Source of the DNA: a virus
Lineage: Duplodnaviria > Caudoviricetes
IMG/VR virus record: IMGVR_UViG_3300010283_000005
Location: 64,001 to 128,000 of that record
Length of the DNA stretch: 64,000 nt
Direction: 5' to 3' (one strand)
The notes below the pieces were generated by a model. The model had not been told where the DNA came from, did not search any database, and saw only the letters and a program-made list of their open reading frames with translations. Within the stretch, counting starts at the first letter, position 1. Every line of letters begins with the position of its first letter. The position numbers were made by a program, and so were the translations under genes. This document shows, one piece after another, positions 10,442 through 20,682 of this stretch.

Positions 10442-11181
10442 TGTACTATAAAGTAGTAAGCGATGATAAGATTATCGATGTCCTAGAATCAGCTAGCTTC
10501 GTCAGATATCAGAGCAAGAATGATCTAATGCTAGTATGCGATAAGGATTCTGCAGAAGGAGTACTATCTTCAGATGGTAATTCGATTTATCGTATCGTAG
10601 AAGAGTGCTCAACTAAGCTTCAAGAATATGATCTAGTAGAATTGTATGAGATCGATCAGAAGGAATTCGATATCTTAGCTGATCTGATTAAATCCAATGA
10701 TACTCCTGTAGATGATCCTTCTGAGGATTCTCAGGACATTGAAGCTCTAACCCTAGATTATGCTAAGACTAAAGCTATCTCGAAGTTGAATACTATTTGT
10801 CATGAGAAGATTGTTGAGGGATTCACTATGAGTCTCGATAATGGAGAGAAATATCATTTTGATATGGCTATTGAAGATCAGCTCAATATCAACTCACTAG
10901 CTGCATTCGTGGCTAAGGGTATGACTATCATTCCATACAATCTGCCTAATGATTGCGTATTCCTGAGCGTGGATGAAGTCAATCGACTGATTGTTGCAGC
11001 ATCTGCTCATAAGATCAGTCAGCTATCCTACTATAAATCTCTCAAGAGATATATCATGAGTATGACTAGTCTTACTAAGGTAGGTAAGGTAGAATATGGC
11101 ATGGAAATTCCTGAGAAGTATTGGTCTTCAGTATATAAGGAGATTCAGGATGGCAATTTCGATTTAAGTAGCCTGATGTAA
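10441..11181 (+). CDS. DUF4376-like tail-associated/fibre-assembly protein
   Basis: CHEKIVEGF...FDMAIEDQLNI...YN..YG pattern; paralogous to 23574-24326; ATG overlaps the RT1 stop (TAATG). Confidence 0.55.
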   Translation: MYYKVVSDDKIIDVLESASFVRYQSKNDLMLVCDKDSAEGVLSSDGNSIYRIVEECSTKLQEYDLVELYEIDQKEFDILADLIKSNDTPVDDPSEDSQDIEALTLDYAKTKAISKLNTICHEKIVEGFTMSLDNGEKYHFDMAIEDQLNINSLAAFVAKGMTIIPYNLPNDCVFLSVDEVNRLIVAASAHKISQLSYYKSLKRYIMSMTSLTKVGKVEYGMEIPEKYWSSVYKEIQDGNFDLSSLM

Positions 11182-11230
11182 TCAAAGGATGGATTATCAG
11201 CTTATATAGCTATTTCAATCCTAATATTAG

Positions 11231-11244
11231 GCTTACCCGTTAGA
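11231..11244 (+). promoter_or_regulatory. Candidate late-promoter motif, copy 2
   Basis: GCTTACCCGTTAGA, intergenic. Confidence 0.5.
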
Positions 11245-11284
11245 AACGGTTGGCATGCAAATCAAATGAAAGGTGGTTAAATAT

Positions 11285-13030
11285 ATGGCTAAACAAACGA
11301 TTGATCTCGAGAATGATAAACTTGGGACCATATTCCAGAAAACTAATGAAAACTTCGATGAGCTGTATCAGAAATCAGCAGATCAGGATACTGAGATCGG
11401 CAATCGAGCTACTAAGAAGGAGTTAGCTGATGTCAAGACTAGAGTTGATAACATTGCTAGCTTACCTGAAGGTAGTACTACTGCTGATGCTGAGCTAATC
11501 GATATCAGAGTAGGAGCTGACGGTAAGAAGTATGATTCTGCTGGTGAAGCTGTAAGGCAGCAGATCAGCTCCAATCTAGGAGAACTGCTAGGATTATCTG
11601 CTAATATTAATAGCATGCTAGAACTAATGCAGCTAGGAGCAACTAATCGGGTACTTGATCTAGATAGAATAGAGCTAGGAACTATAAACTTAGGACAGAA
11701 TGCTGATGATCCTACTAATTATAAAATTAGGACTAAAGATTTCCTTATATGTTCAGTTCCGTATGTAGTGACTGCTGATCAAGGCGTTATAGTAACTATC
11801 CATGAATACGACTTGTCGAAAAATTGGATTAGAGAAGTAGGTCAGATTAATTATCAAGGCTTATCATCTTATCAATTAGCTACTAATAAACTATATAGGC
11901 TAGTAATTTATTATTATCCTGGTAAAATACTGGATCAGGATCTTATATCTAGTTTAGCAGCAGCTGTACATCTAAGTTTTCAATTAGATGCTAATCTGAC
12001 ATTATTATCAGATCAGATGGCTAATCTTACTAAATTAGCTAATTCTACAGCAAGGAAGCACTATATCCCAGTGACTCCTACTGATATATTAGATAATCCT
12101 GGATTTATGAATTATAACAATGGGCAGATATCTACCAGCTCAGGATTTTATTATACTTCAATAGAGGTACACCCAGGAGAATCCTACAAATTATCAGGAT
12201 ACTCTTGGCTAGCAATGATGCCAGTAGTAATCCTAGATAATAATAATCAAGTAGTAAGTTATTATCCTGAACAAGAAACTAAAAGTATTACCTATCAGAA
12301 TATAGAATTTACTATACCTGAGAATGGTGCTAGATTATATCTGAATATGAGATGGGAATCATCTAATGCTAGACAGTACTACGTATCACTATATAAATTT
12401 GATAAGTATATTGCTAATCATGATGAGACTCACAAGATCTCAGTGATAGGAGATAGCCTTAGTGCAGGATTTACTATCGCAGCAGATAGGTACTTGAATT
12501 ATCTAGAAGCCTCAGATAATTATATAATAGAGAATTTCTCTAGAAATGGACATGGTTATCTAAGATCAGATGATCAATTGTATGCATTCTGGCAGCAAGC
12601 TTCTACTATTTCTGACGATACTGAGATAGCTCTAGTATTTGGCTCATTCAATGATATGCCTAAATTTGATCTTTTAGGTAATATTACTGATACTAATACT
12701 AATACTATATGCGGATGCATCAATACTACTATAGATAATATACGCAGTAAATCAGATTCTATCAAAATCGGGATAGTAACTCCTACTCCATGGAGGGATT
12801 ATCATCCTGGAGTGGAGTCCAGTGATGCGTATGTATCTGCTATTCTAGATATATGCGCTAGCAGAGGGGTAGCAGTACTAGATCTCTATCATAAGAGTCA
12901 ACTTCGACCTTATGATCCCGACTTTAACCAGAAATACTTCAATAATGCTGATGGCACTCACCCTACTTCTATAGGTCACCAGTTGTTCATTTATCCTGAA
13001 ATTAGAGATTTTGTAAGAAGTCTCAGATGA
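11285..13030 (+). CDS. Tail-associated protein with C-terminal SGNH/GDSL esterase
   Basis: GDSLS, GSFND and DGTHP blocks; N-terminal [11 protein letters not shown]...AGEAVR shared with the 2005-aa protein. Confidence 0.8.
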   Translation: MAKQTIDLENDKLGTIFQKTNENFDELYQKSADQDTEIGNRATKKELADVKTRVDNIASLPEGSTTADAELIDIRVGADGKKYDSAGEAVRQQISSNLGELLGLSANINSMLELMQLGATNRVLDLDRIELGTINLGQNADDPTNYKIRTKDFLICSVPYVVTADQGVIVTIHEYDLSKNWIREVGQINYQGLSSYQLATNKLYRLVIYYYPGKILDQDLISSLAAAVHLSFQLDANLTLLSDQMANLTKLANSTARKHYIPVTPTDILDNPGFMNYNNGQISTSSGFYYTSIEVHPGESYKLSGYSWLAMMPVVILDNNNQVVSYYPEQETKSITYQNIEFTIPENGARLYLNMRWESSNARQYYVSLYKFDKYIANHDETHKISVIGDSLSAGFTIAADRYLNYLEASDNYIIENFSRNGHGYLRSDDQLYAFWQQASTISDDTEIALVFGSFNDMPKFDLLGNITDTNTNTICGCINTTIDNIRSKSDSIKIGIVTPTPWRDYHPGVESSDAYVSAILDICASRGVAVLDLYHKSQLRPYDPDFNQKYFNNADGTHPTSIGHQLFIYPEIRDFVRSLR

Positions 13031-13044
13031 TTGGAGGTGAGACT

Positions 13045-13488
13045 ATGCTAGACAATTATCAAATTGATAAGCTAGATAGATCTAAGGATTGGAAAGAAAT
13101 CTTTGATCAGATCGATTCTAACTTCTCTAAGGTAGCGGACTACTTTGCTACCTTAGGCAATAGAGTCATGATCGAATCATTCTCTGCTAAAGCTAATCAG
13201 TCAGAATTTGAGTTATCTGAAAGCTACAATACTCTCAGAAACTGCTTAGCAGTCTATAAGAATGGTGTAAGACAGTGGCTCAATGATTCTTATTATGAAT
13301 CAAGTTCTAAGTCTTTCACTATGGCAGTACCTTGTAAGGAAGGAGATAAGATCGTAGCAGTATATAATAAGTACTATGTAGTACAAGATACTGCTCCGCT
13401 TGATGCTATGATCCTAGTATCACCTAATGGATCCAAATTCAAGGTGACTGTCGATGATGAGGGTAATCTACAATCTACTAGAGTTTAA
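13045..13488 (+). CDS. Small tail/baseplate-associated protein
   Basis: GGAGG RBS; VYKNGVRQ and SPNGSKFKVTVDDEGNL motifs common in tail-fibre-associated proteins. Confidence 0.5.
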   Translation: MLDNYQIDKLDRSKDWKEIFDQIDSNFSKVADYFATLGNRVMIESFSAKANQSEFELSESYNTLRNCLAVYKNGVRQWLNDSYYESSSKSFTMAVPCKEGDKIVAVYNKYYVVQDTAPLDAMILVSPNGSKFKVTVDDEGNLQSTRV

Positions 13489-13540
13489 TTCTCTCATGAA
13501 AAGGTTGCTAATACCCTAATAATCACTAAATGAAACTGGT

Positions 13541-13588
13541 CATCAGGCTTACCCGTTAGAGGGTTTCCTTGTAAGGGTAAGCCTGATG
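13541..13588 (+). promoter_or_regulatory. Candidate late-promoter motif copy 3 (13547-13560) within a perfect 14-bp inverted repeat
   Basis: CATCAGGCTTACCC-N20-GGGTAAGCCTGATG. Confidence 0.5.
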
Positions 13589-13625
13589 TCTTATCATATC
13601 TAATCAGAGAAAGGAGGTAATCGAC

Positions 13626-14141
13626 GTGGCAGTAACCTTGCTGAAAGGACACGTAAGTAGAGCTCTTGACTTCTATAATAAATCTGATATTTATTTAGGA
13701 TTAGGTAAAACTACTCCTTGGGAGGAGGGTGAGAGTAATCCTCCTACTCCATTGAATACAGATAGTCTAGTAGAGATTGCTGGATATAAGAAAGTCGAGT
13801 CCAAGTTCTTAGTTATTCCTGACGATACTGGTACTGGAGAGCTATCCTATCAGAATCGTAGATGGAAGATTGTACCTTATGATCAGGCACTTGAGAAAGG
13901 TGCTCGATGGGTATATATCTCTACTTACATCGCATACAATGAATTCCCGACTGATCTAGTATATAGGCAGATTGGAGTATTCACTGGACTGAAAGTCAAA
14001 TCCAATGTGACTTCTAGTTCATTCGCTTTGACTCCTGATCAGGTCGAGAGTCAGGGTATCCCTGAAGCACTTGATAATCGTACTCCGATCTATCGAGAAG
14101 CAGACCAGCGAGAACGTCTCACAATGATCATCGAATTTTAG
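13626..14141 (+). CDS. Baseplate structural protein
   Basis: YLGLGKTTPW...PPTP, GYKK, GARWVY, YRQIG and DNRTPIYR motifs typical of the small baseplate gene preceding DUF4815 in large Bacillota myoviruses. Confidence 0.65.
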   Translation: MAVTLLKGHVSRALDFYNKSDIYLGLGKTTPWEEGESNPPTPLNTDSLVEIAGYKKVESKFLVIPDDTGTGELSYQNRRWKIVPYDQALEKGARWVYISTYIAYNEFPTDLVYRQIGVFTGLKVKSNVTSSSFALTPDQVESQGIPEALDNRTPIYREADQRERLTMIIEF

Positions 14142-14152
14142 GGGGGGGGGGG
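14141..14152 (+). repeat. G12 homopolymer at the RBS position of a homing endonuclease gene
   Basis: 12 consecutive G, ending 7 nt before ATG 14160. Confidence 0.8.
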
Positions 14153-14159
14153 AATCCAA

Positions 14160-14960
14160 ATGTATGGATATACTTATAAGACTACGAATCTTATCAATGG
14201 TAAAATTTACATTGGTAAGCAAAAGTCAGAAGAATTCGATCCCACTTACAAGGGATCAGGTACTCACTTATGGAACTCAATACGTAAGTATGGTTGGGAT
14301 AACTTCCTAGTAGAAATGCTTAGTCCCTGCTTCTCAGAGGATGAGTTAAATGCTGAGGAAGAACTCCTGATAGATCTATTCAACTCGAGAGATCGATCAA
14401 TCGGCTACAATATAGCTAAGGGCGGAGCAGGTGGCTCAGGTCCTTGTTCTGATGAAACTAAGGCTAAGATAAGTAAGTCACTTCGTGAGGGAGGTAAACT
14501 TGCTGGTTCTAATAATCCAATGTATGGAGTATCTAGAACTGGACAGGATTCTCCTCATTATGGATGCAAGCATTCTCAAGAAACTCGTGAGTTATTGAGT
14601 AAACTAGCTACAGGACGACCTAGTCCTATGAAAGGCAAGCATCTTAGTGAAGCTGCTAGAGCTAATATCAAAGCTGCAAGGCAGTACACTTCTGATGAAT
14701 CTCGTAAGAAAATGAGTGATGCTAAGCGTGGTCATAGCAACTGGACTGATGCTGGACGTCAGCAGATGAGCCAACGACTAATTGGCAATACTTATGCTTC
14801 AGCTTGCAAGGGTCAGAAACGATCTGATGAAGCTAAGGCTAGGTACTCAGCAGTAGCTAAGAATCGACGCTGGATTCATAAGGATGGAGTAATCAAAGCA
14901 GTTCAATTAGAAGAACTTGATGCTTACCTAGCCGATGGATGGAAGAGAGGTAGAAAATGA
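14160..14960 (+). CDS. GIY-YIG homing endonuclease with NUMOD3-like repeats (HEG1)
   Basis: YTYKTTNLINGKIYIG, YKGSG, GYNIAKGG and HSQETR repeats. Confidence 0.9.
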   Translation: MYGYTYKTTNLINGKIYIGKQKSEEFDPTYKGSGTHLWNSIRKYGWDNFLVEMLSPCFSEDELNAEEELLIDLFNSRDRSIGYNIAKGGAGGSGPCSDETKAKISKSLREGGKLAGSNNPMYGVSRTGQDSPHYGCKHSQETRELLSKLATGRPSPMKGKHLSEAARANIKAARQYTSDESRKKMSDAKRGHSNWTDAGRQQMSQRLIGNTYASACKGQKRSDEAKARYSAVAKNRRWIHKDGVIKAVQLEELDAYLADGWKRGRK

Positions 14961-15121
14961 TCAGGTATCATCCCATTTAACTATATAAGATATGAGGTAA
15001 ACATTATGCCATCAAGCATAATCATCCGACTCATTGCTGAATATATGAATCTCATACTTCAGCTAATGGTAATAATCAACTTCAAATAACAACTTCGTAA
15101 ATTAAGGAAGGAGGATAAATA

Positions 15122-18100
15122 ATGCCTAAGACTTATCCTGGAGCTCCTTATTACGATGATTATGATCCTACTAAGGAATATGTACAGCAATTAGCATTAC
15201 CTGGTAAAGCTGAGCAGGCTAGAGAGTTCACTCAGATTCAGAGTATGCAGCTGGACTTCTTAGGAAGATTAGGTGATTCCATTTATACTAGTGGTACTAT
15301 TATTGATGGATGTACCTTAATCATCAGTGATAAGAAAGCCGTAATTTCATCAGGACGTATCTATCTTGACGGATTAGTGCGAATCGTTGATGGAGCTACT
15401 CTGACAATCAATGGAGTAGGTTCTGAGATCATTGGTGCTAAAGTCGTTACTTCAATTGTCACTGAGACTGAGGATGATTCACTACGTGATCCTGCTCAGG
15501 GATATGAAAACTATGGTCAGGAAGGTGCTCATCGTCTTAAGGAGCATGTAGTCTTCACTGTCAATGATGCAGAAGCAGCAGCAGTCTATCGATTAGAAGA
15601 AGGCGAGCTAGTAGCTGATTCTACTACTGGTGAAGGCAATATGCTGACAGATACCTTAGCTCGTAGAACTTATGAGGAAAATGGTAACTACAAGATTCGA
15701 GGTCTCGAACTTCGTGATCGTAATGAAACTCGTGATGGTCAGATCCTACTGTCAATGACTGAGGGTAAAGCTTACATCATGGGTTATGAAGTACCTAAGG
15801 AGACTGCTACTACAGTCCGACTCAATTATAGCCAGACTGTACGTGAGGTTCTAAGTGAGCCTAAGACTTATCAGAGTGCTCAGACTAAGTATAAGCTGAG
15901 CAATCAGCCAGTCAAGGAATTCACTAATGTCACTGCTATTGTTCAGGTAACTGATAATATCACTAGAGGTAACATTCAGGGTGGTATTGATTATCTGCTC
16001 AATACTCCAGTCGATTCTATTGTGAGCATCAGTGGATATGAACAGGGTACTGATTATCAGTTGACTAATGATGGTGTCGACTGGTCTCTACCTGGTAAAG
16101 AACCTGCTACTGGTACTACTTATGCTGTTACCTACACATATAGTAGATCCATGAAACTCGGAGAAGATATCCAGATGACCGAGGAGAATGGAGAGAATTA
16201 TCTTGAGTTCTTGCCTGATGGTAAGAAGCCTAATCAGGGTACTCGATTCTACATTAGCTACACTTTCTACTTAGCTAGAAAGGACTTGGTATGCCTATCT
16301 AAGAATGGTGAAATCGTAATTCTCGAAGGTAAGCCTAACGTAGCTCGATTAACTGAATCAGAGATCAATCAGGATGATAATAATCTAGCAATCGGTAGTG
16401 TACTTATCATGCCTAACTCCAGCAATGTAGAGATTATCAACTTTGATACAGTCAGATTATCTCAGTCTGACCTCTACAATGTGCGTAAGCGAGTAGATGA
16501 CCTTGAGTACAATCAGGCTATGACTGATCTTGATACTGAAGCTGAGGAAGGTGAGGATGCTACTGAGCTAAAGGGCATCTTGACTGATGGATTCTTAGGT
16601 CTGAGTAAATGCGATACAACTCATCCTGAGTTCGATTGCACTATTGACCTTGATAATAATGAGCTAACTCTACCTTTGATCACTTCAGTCAATGCAGTTA
16701 AGCCTAACCTAGATACTAAAGAGACTAATGTCTCAGTTCTAGGTGATGTCATTATGGCTCCTTATAAGGAAGTCATTGCTAAACAGCAGATTTATGCGAC
16801 CACTTCGATGCTAGTCAATCCTTATGCTGTCTATAATCCAATGAGCATCGTGAGATTATCACCTTCAGTTGATAACTGGATCGATACTAGTAAGATCGTA
16901 GTCAATAAGAAACAGACAGTTACTACTACACTTCGTAGATGGTGGTATCATCGTGGTGAGTCCTGGGCAGAATCTGAGAAGGCTAAGTGGCAGCAGCTAG
17001 GATTTGCTGATGGTGGTCAGTCGCTACAGTGGGCTAATGGTACTGCAACTTCTACTACCGTCACCTCTGCAGTCGTCCTTGATGAAGCTATCATGTACAT
17101 GAGACAGATTAAGGTCACTGTCACTGGTAGAAACTTCATTCCTAATGTGGATAATATCAAGTGTACTTTCAATGATACAGTAGTTCCGCTGACTCCTACT
17201 GATGCTAGCCTCAAGGGTACTCAGACTGGTACTGTCAAGGCTAATGCTAAGGGTCAGGTTTCTGCTACATTCACCGTTCCGCCTAACGTACCTTGTGGTA
17301 GTGTTGAGGTTAAGCTATCTTATGCTAATGGTGAAGGTTCTGCAATATATCAGGCTCAAGGTAGAAAGCAGATCATCCAGGATACAGTCCTGACAACTAC
17401 TACAGTTGCTAAGACTACTGACCCTCTAGCTCAGTCATTCTCCTTCGAGGATGATACAGTTCTGACTAAGGTTGGTCTGTACTTCGCTTCCAAGGATCCT
17501 AATAAATCGATTATCGTTCAGATTCGTAGTGTTGATAATGGTTATCCTGGTACTACTCTGTATACTTCTAAGGAGTTACGAGCTGAGGATGTCAAGGTAT
17601 CTGGTAATTCTAGTGCAGTTACTGAAGTCTCTTTCGATGATCCTGTCTACTGCAAGGCAGATACTCAGTACGCTATCTGCATCCTATCTGACTCTAATCT
17701 GTACTCTATGTTCATTGCTGAGTTAGGCAAGATGGATGTACTAAGAGGTAACCTAGTTACTAGTCAGCCTTACACTAATGGTGTGCTATTCTCCTCAAGT
17801 AACAACTTGACTTGGACTGCTCATCAGACCATGGACCTCAAGTTCGACTTGTATAAGGCTCAGTACACTGGTAAAGGTACCATCATCTTCAATGATGTAT
17901 CTGATATCCAGATCAATAGACTGCTACTTGCAGCTCAAGCTATTGACTACAAGAATGCAGGTATCGAATGGTTCTATAAGATCGGTACTAATGGTTCTTG
18001 GCTACCGATTGAGACCTACGTAGATCGAGATATTTCTTCAGTATCAGCTATTAATCGAGTCTCCTTGAAGGCAGTACTTAATGTAGCTTACTCAACTTCT

Positions 18101-18457
18101 CCGATCATCGCTAAGGATTGCATCAACTTAATCGGATTCCTCGAAAAGAGTAAAGGTACTTACATCTCTCGTCAGGTGACTATGAGTGATGCATTCACTC
18201 GAGCTAGAATCATCATGGACATCGCTAAGCCGTCAGGTACTGCAGTTGATGTCTACATTATGACTGATGCTGGCACTAGCTGGCGTAAGGTGACTGATAC
18301 TCCTACTGTGACTCCGGTCGATGAGGAATTTAGTACTTACGAGTGGACAATCAGTGGTCTCAATTCTAAGAACTACAGAGTTAAGATCGCAATGGAGACT
18401 TCTAATCCGTTGATCAAGCCTAGAATCCGTAAGTTACGTAACATCCTGAAGTATTAA
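15122..18457 (+). CDS. DUF4815-like large baseplate/virion structural protein
   Basis: PYYDDYD, QAREFTQIQ, LARRTYEENGNY, DPLAQSF and DLKF motifs. Confidence 0.8.
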   Translation: MPKTYPGAPYYDDYDPTKEYVQQLALPGKAEQAREFTQIQSMQLDFLGRLGDSIYTSGTIIDGCTLIISDKKAVISSGRIYLDGLVRIVDGATLTINGVGSEIIGAKVVTSIVTETEDDSLRDPAQGYENYGQEGAHRLKEHVVFTVNDAEAAAVYRLEEGELVADSTTGEGNMLTDTLARRTYEENGNYKIRGLELRDRNETRDGQILLSMTEGKAYIMGYEVPKETATTVRLNYSQTVREVLSEPKTYQSAQTKYKLSNQPVKEFTNVTAIVQVTDNITRGNIQGGIDYLLNTPVDSIVSISGYEQGTDYQLTNDGVDWSLPGKEPATGTTYAVTYTYSRSMKLGEDIQMTEENGENYLEFLPDGKKPNQGTRFYISYTFYLARKDLVCLSKNGEIVILEGKPNVARLTESEINQDDNNLAIGSVLIMPNSSNVEIINFDTVRLSQSDLYNVRKRVDDLEYNQAMTDLDTEAEEGEDATELKGILTDGFLGLSKCDTTHPEFDCTIDLDNNELTLPLITSVNAVKPNLDTKETNVSVLGDVIMAPYKEVIAKQQIYATTSMLVNPYAVYNPMSIVRLSPSVDNWIDTSKIVVNKKQTVTTTLRRWWYHRGESWAESEKAKWQQLGFADGGQSLQWANGTATSTTVTSAVVLDEAIMYMRQIKVTVTGRNFIPNVDNIKCTFNDTVVPLTPTDASLKGTQTGTVKANAKGQVSATFTVPPNVPCGSVEVKLSYANGEGSAIYQAQGRKQIIQDTVLTTTTVAKTTDPLAQSFSFEDDTVLTKVGLYFASKDPNKSIIVQIRSVDNGYPGTTLYTSKELRAEDVKVSGNSSAVTEVSFDDPVYCKADTQYAICILSDSNLYSMFIAELGKMDVLRGNLVTSQPYTNGVLFSSSNNLTWTAHQTMDLKFDLYKAQYTGKGTIIFNDVSDIQINRLLLAAQAIDYKNAGIEWFYKIGTNGSWLPIETYVDRDISSVSAINRVSLKAVLNVAYSTSPIIAKDCINLIGFLEKSKGTYISRQVTMSDAFTRARIIMDIAKPSGTAVDVYIMTDAGTSWRKVTDTPTVTPVDEEFSTYEWTISGLNSKNYRVKIAMETSNPLIKPRIRKLRNILKY

Positions 18458-18466
18458 GAATTCTAT

Positions 18467-18499
18467 GAGGACTAGGTGAGATACCCTAGTCCTCTATTT
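18467..18499 (+). terminator. Stem-loop/terminator
   Basis: GAGGACTAGG / CCTAGTCCTC 10-bp stem followed by TATTT. Confidence 0.55.
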
Positions 18500-18519
18500 G
18501 AAGAAGGAGGTAGTGCTGT

Positions 18520-18690
18520 ATGGCATATCGTAAGATTGATCCTGAAACAGGATTCATCGAGTACATTCGCACTCCTGAGGAGAATTCTATTATTCAGATG
18601 CGTCAGGAGAATGCAGAAATGAAAGCAGAGATTGAGAACTTGAAGAAGCAGTTATCTCAATCTAGTAATAATAATAAGAAGGAGGGATAA
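18520..18690 (+). CDS. 56-aa coiled-coil protein (not in ORF track)
   Basis: AAGGAGG RBS; MAYRKIDPETG...ENAEMKAEIENLKKQL; fills the gap after the DUF4815-like gene. Confidence 0.7.
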   Translation: MAYRKIDPETGFIEYIRTPEENSIIQMRQENAEMKAEIENLKKQLSQSSNNNKKEG

Positions 18691-18693
18691 CCT

Positions 18694-20682
18694 ATGGGTG
18701 ACAATAGAGTAACTTCAACTATGGTCGAACTGAATATGAGTAGGGGTGACCAAGCTACTCTTAGAGACTTTCTAGATACTAGTAAGGTCCTACCTATAGG
18801 TGCATTCTGCAAGACTTCTGTAGCTCAAGCTATTACAGATGCTATCAACTACTTAACTGCTAAGCAAGATGGTGGTGTCTATGTTCCAGCTGATAAATCC
18901 AATAAGGCTACTCAGATTGTATCTTCAATTGACAAATCAGGTAAGTTGAAGATCAATTATATCACTTCTAATTACCGTTATCCTATCAATAAAGAAGCTC
19001 GTCCATTCACTGGAGATGCTTGGCAGATCGGTGACTTAGTATATAATACTGACACTGATGAGAATAAATGCCTAGGATGGGTATGTACAGAAGCAGGTAT
19101 CCCTGGATCGTGGGGAGTAATCGGATTTATTAGGAGCTGGGCTACTGAGCTTGAAGAAGTGACTGCATTGCCTGATCCAGGTCCAATGCAGATCAATCGT
19201 CAGGTAGTATGTGCTGGTAGAGCTTACATCTGCAAGCTAGTAGATGGTGAGTACAACTGGTACTGGATGGACTATGCTTATGGTAATAGCAGTCAGCATC
19301 CTACTACTGACCTACGAGTAGGACTCCCTTACTACAATATACAGACAGGCTTACCTGAGTGGTGGAATGGTTCAGAATGGGTAGCAGTAGCTAAGGCTAA
19401 CCATACTCATGAAGACCTAGGTGCATCAGATACTCCTAAATATCTGACTAAGTCAGTAGAGAATACTAATGATAAGCTGATCTATCTACCTAATTCTCGA
19501 GAAGGATTCCTGTCAGTCAATTTAATCGGTAAACCTGGCATGGTAGCTAGTGAACTGAGTATCTCTTCACTAGAGAATCAGGCTAAGTTTGATGAATTAG
19601 TCAAACTCGATGATACTAATTCTAGTTATCAAGTTGATGGTGATACTCTGACCTTAGTTAAGAGTACTGACTCAACTGCTCAGATTCAAGTAGCTAAGAT
19701 TCCTATCCGAGTCAAAGCAGGAGCTCAGTATCGATGCTACTATGATCTCGAGACTACTAATGAAGCTAAAATCATCGTAGGTATGAAGAAGACTGGAATC
19801 GTAGCTTCATTCAAACCTGATGGTAGTGTCGAGTGCAACTTTGATGGTACTGAAGATACTGATGCTGAGCTAGTCTTCATGTTTGATCTTAATACTAAGA
19901 TCAATAGCATTGCTTACATAAAGAATTTCTTCTTAGTAGACATCGCTAATAAATCAGTTGACTTCGTACTTGAAGATTACATCCCAGGTCAAGAACTCAG
20001 ATGCGTTAGGAATTATGCAGCTGATGAGCTTATTGATAATGTCTTCTATAAGAGAGTAGTCGACCTTAAGCTGTATACTTATGGTGATGAGGTAGAGTTC
20101 GCAAACCAAGGTACATTTGCTAATGATGGATATTTAGTTATCCTTCAGAATCATAAGCATTCTTACTTAGGTAGATCAATGTATGTGCCTAAGGATGATC
20201 AAACTGCATCTGCAATTAAGATCAGCGGATTCAGTACTGAGGCTTATGATAAGGTACGTTTAGGTAGTACTGATGGACTCAAGATCGGAATCAGTTCTGA
20301 AGGTATGGTAGCTTACAACATTCCTAATAGTTTAGTAGGTAATTATTCTGTAACCTATTACTTGAAGTACTTAGCTGAGAAGATCAATACAGCTTCTATA
20401 ATTCCATTAGCAGAACCAGTAGTTAGTGAGTTAGTAATGTATCCAGCTCCTATTAGATGCCATACTCGTGGTGTCTTATTACTGAGTAAGTTTAATGTGA
20501 ACTTAGATATCAAGTATCCTGCTAATGCTGCTGCAGTGACTGAGATGACTGCTGATATCTTGCAGAAGGTTGCTAATCAGAGAATCAAGTACAATGAAGC
20601 TCCTCTAAGCTGGTCTGATAAGATCACTTGGGGTACAGCTGCAAAAAATAATAAGAATTGGAGAGGTGAGAAGAATGCCTAA
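18694..20682 (+). CDS. Tail fibre/adsorption protein
   Basis: WQIGDLVYN...GWVCTEAGIPGSW and PEWWNGSEW motifs of fibre proteins; tail context. Confidence 0.6.
   Translation: MGDNRVTSTMVELNMSRGDQATLRDFLDTSKVLPIGAFCKTSVAQAITDAINYLTAKQDGGVYVPADKSNKATQIVSSIDKSGKLKINYITSNYRYPINKEARPFTGDAWQIGDLVYNTDTDENKCLGWVCTEAGIPGSWGVIGFIRSWATELEEVTALPDPGPMQINRQVVCAGRAYICKLVDGEYNWYWMDYAYGNSSQHPTTDLRVGLPYYNIQTGLPEWWNGSEWVAVAKANHTHEDLGASDTPKYLTKSVENTNDKLIYLPNSREGFLSVNLIGKPGMVASELSISSLENQAKFDELVKLDDTNSSYQVDGDTLTLVKSTDSTAQIQVAKIPIRVKAGAQYRCYYDLETTNEAKIIVGMKKTGIVASFKPDGSVECNFDGTEDTDAELVFMFDLNTKINSIAYIKNFFLVDIANKSVDFVLEDYIPGQELRCVRNYAADELIDNVFYKRVVDLKLYTYGDEVEFANQGTFANDGYLVILQNHKHSYLGRSMYVPKDDQTASAIKISGFSTEAYDKVRLGSTDGLKIGISSEGMVAYNIPNSLVGNYSVTYYLKYLAEKINTASIIPLAEPVVSELVMYPAPIRCHTRGVLLLSKFNVNLDIKYPANAAAVTEMTADILQKVANQRIKYNEAPLSWSDKITWGTAAKNNKNWRGEKNA

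Noticed and set aside
14160-14960. GIY-YIG genes as group I intron-encoded ORFs
   Set aside because: Flanking genes appear complete and there is no room for an intron core around the HEGs; treated as free-standing.
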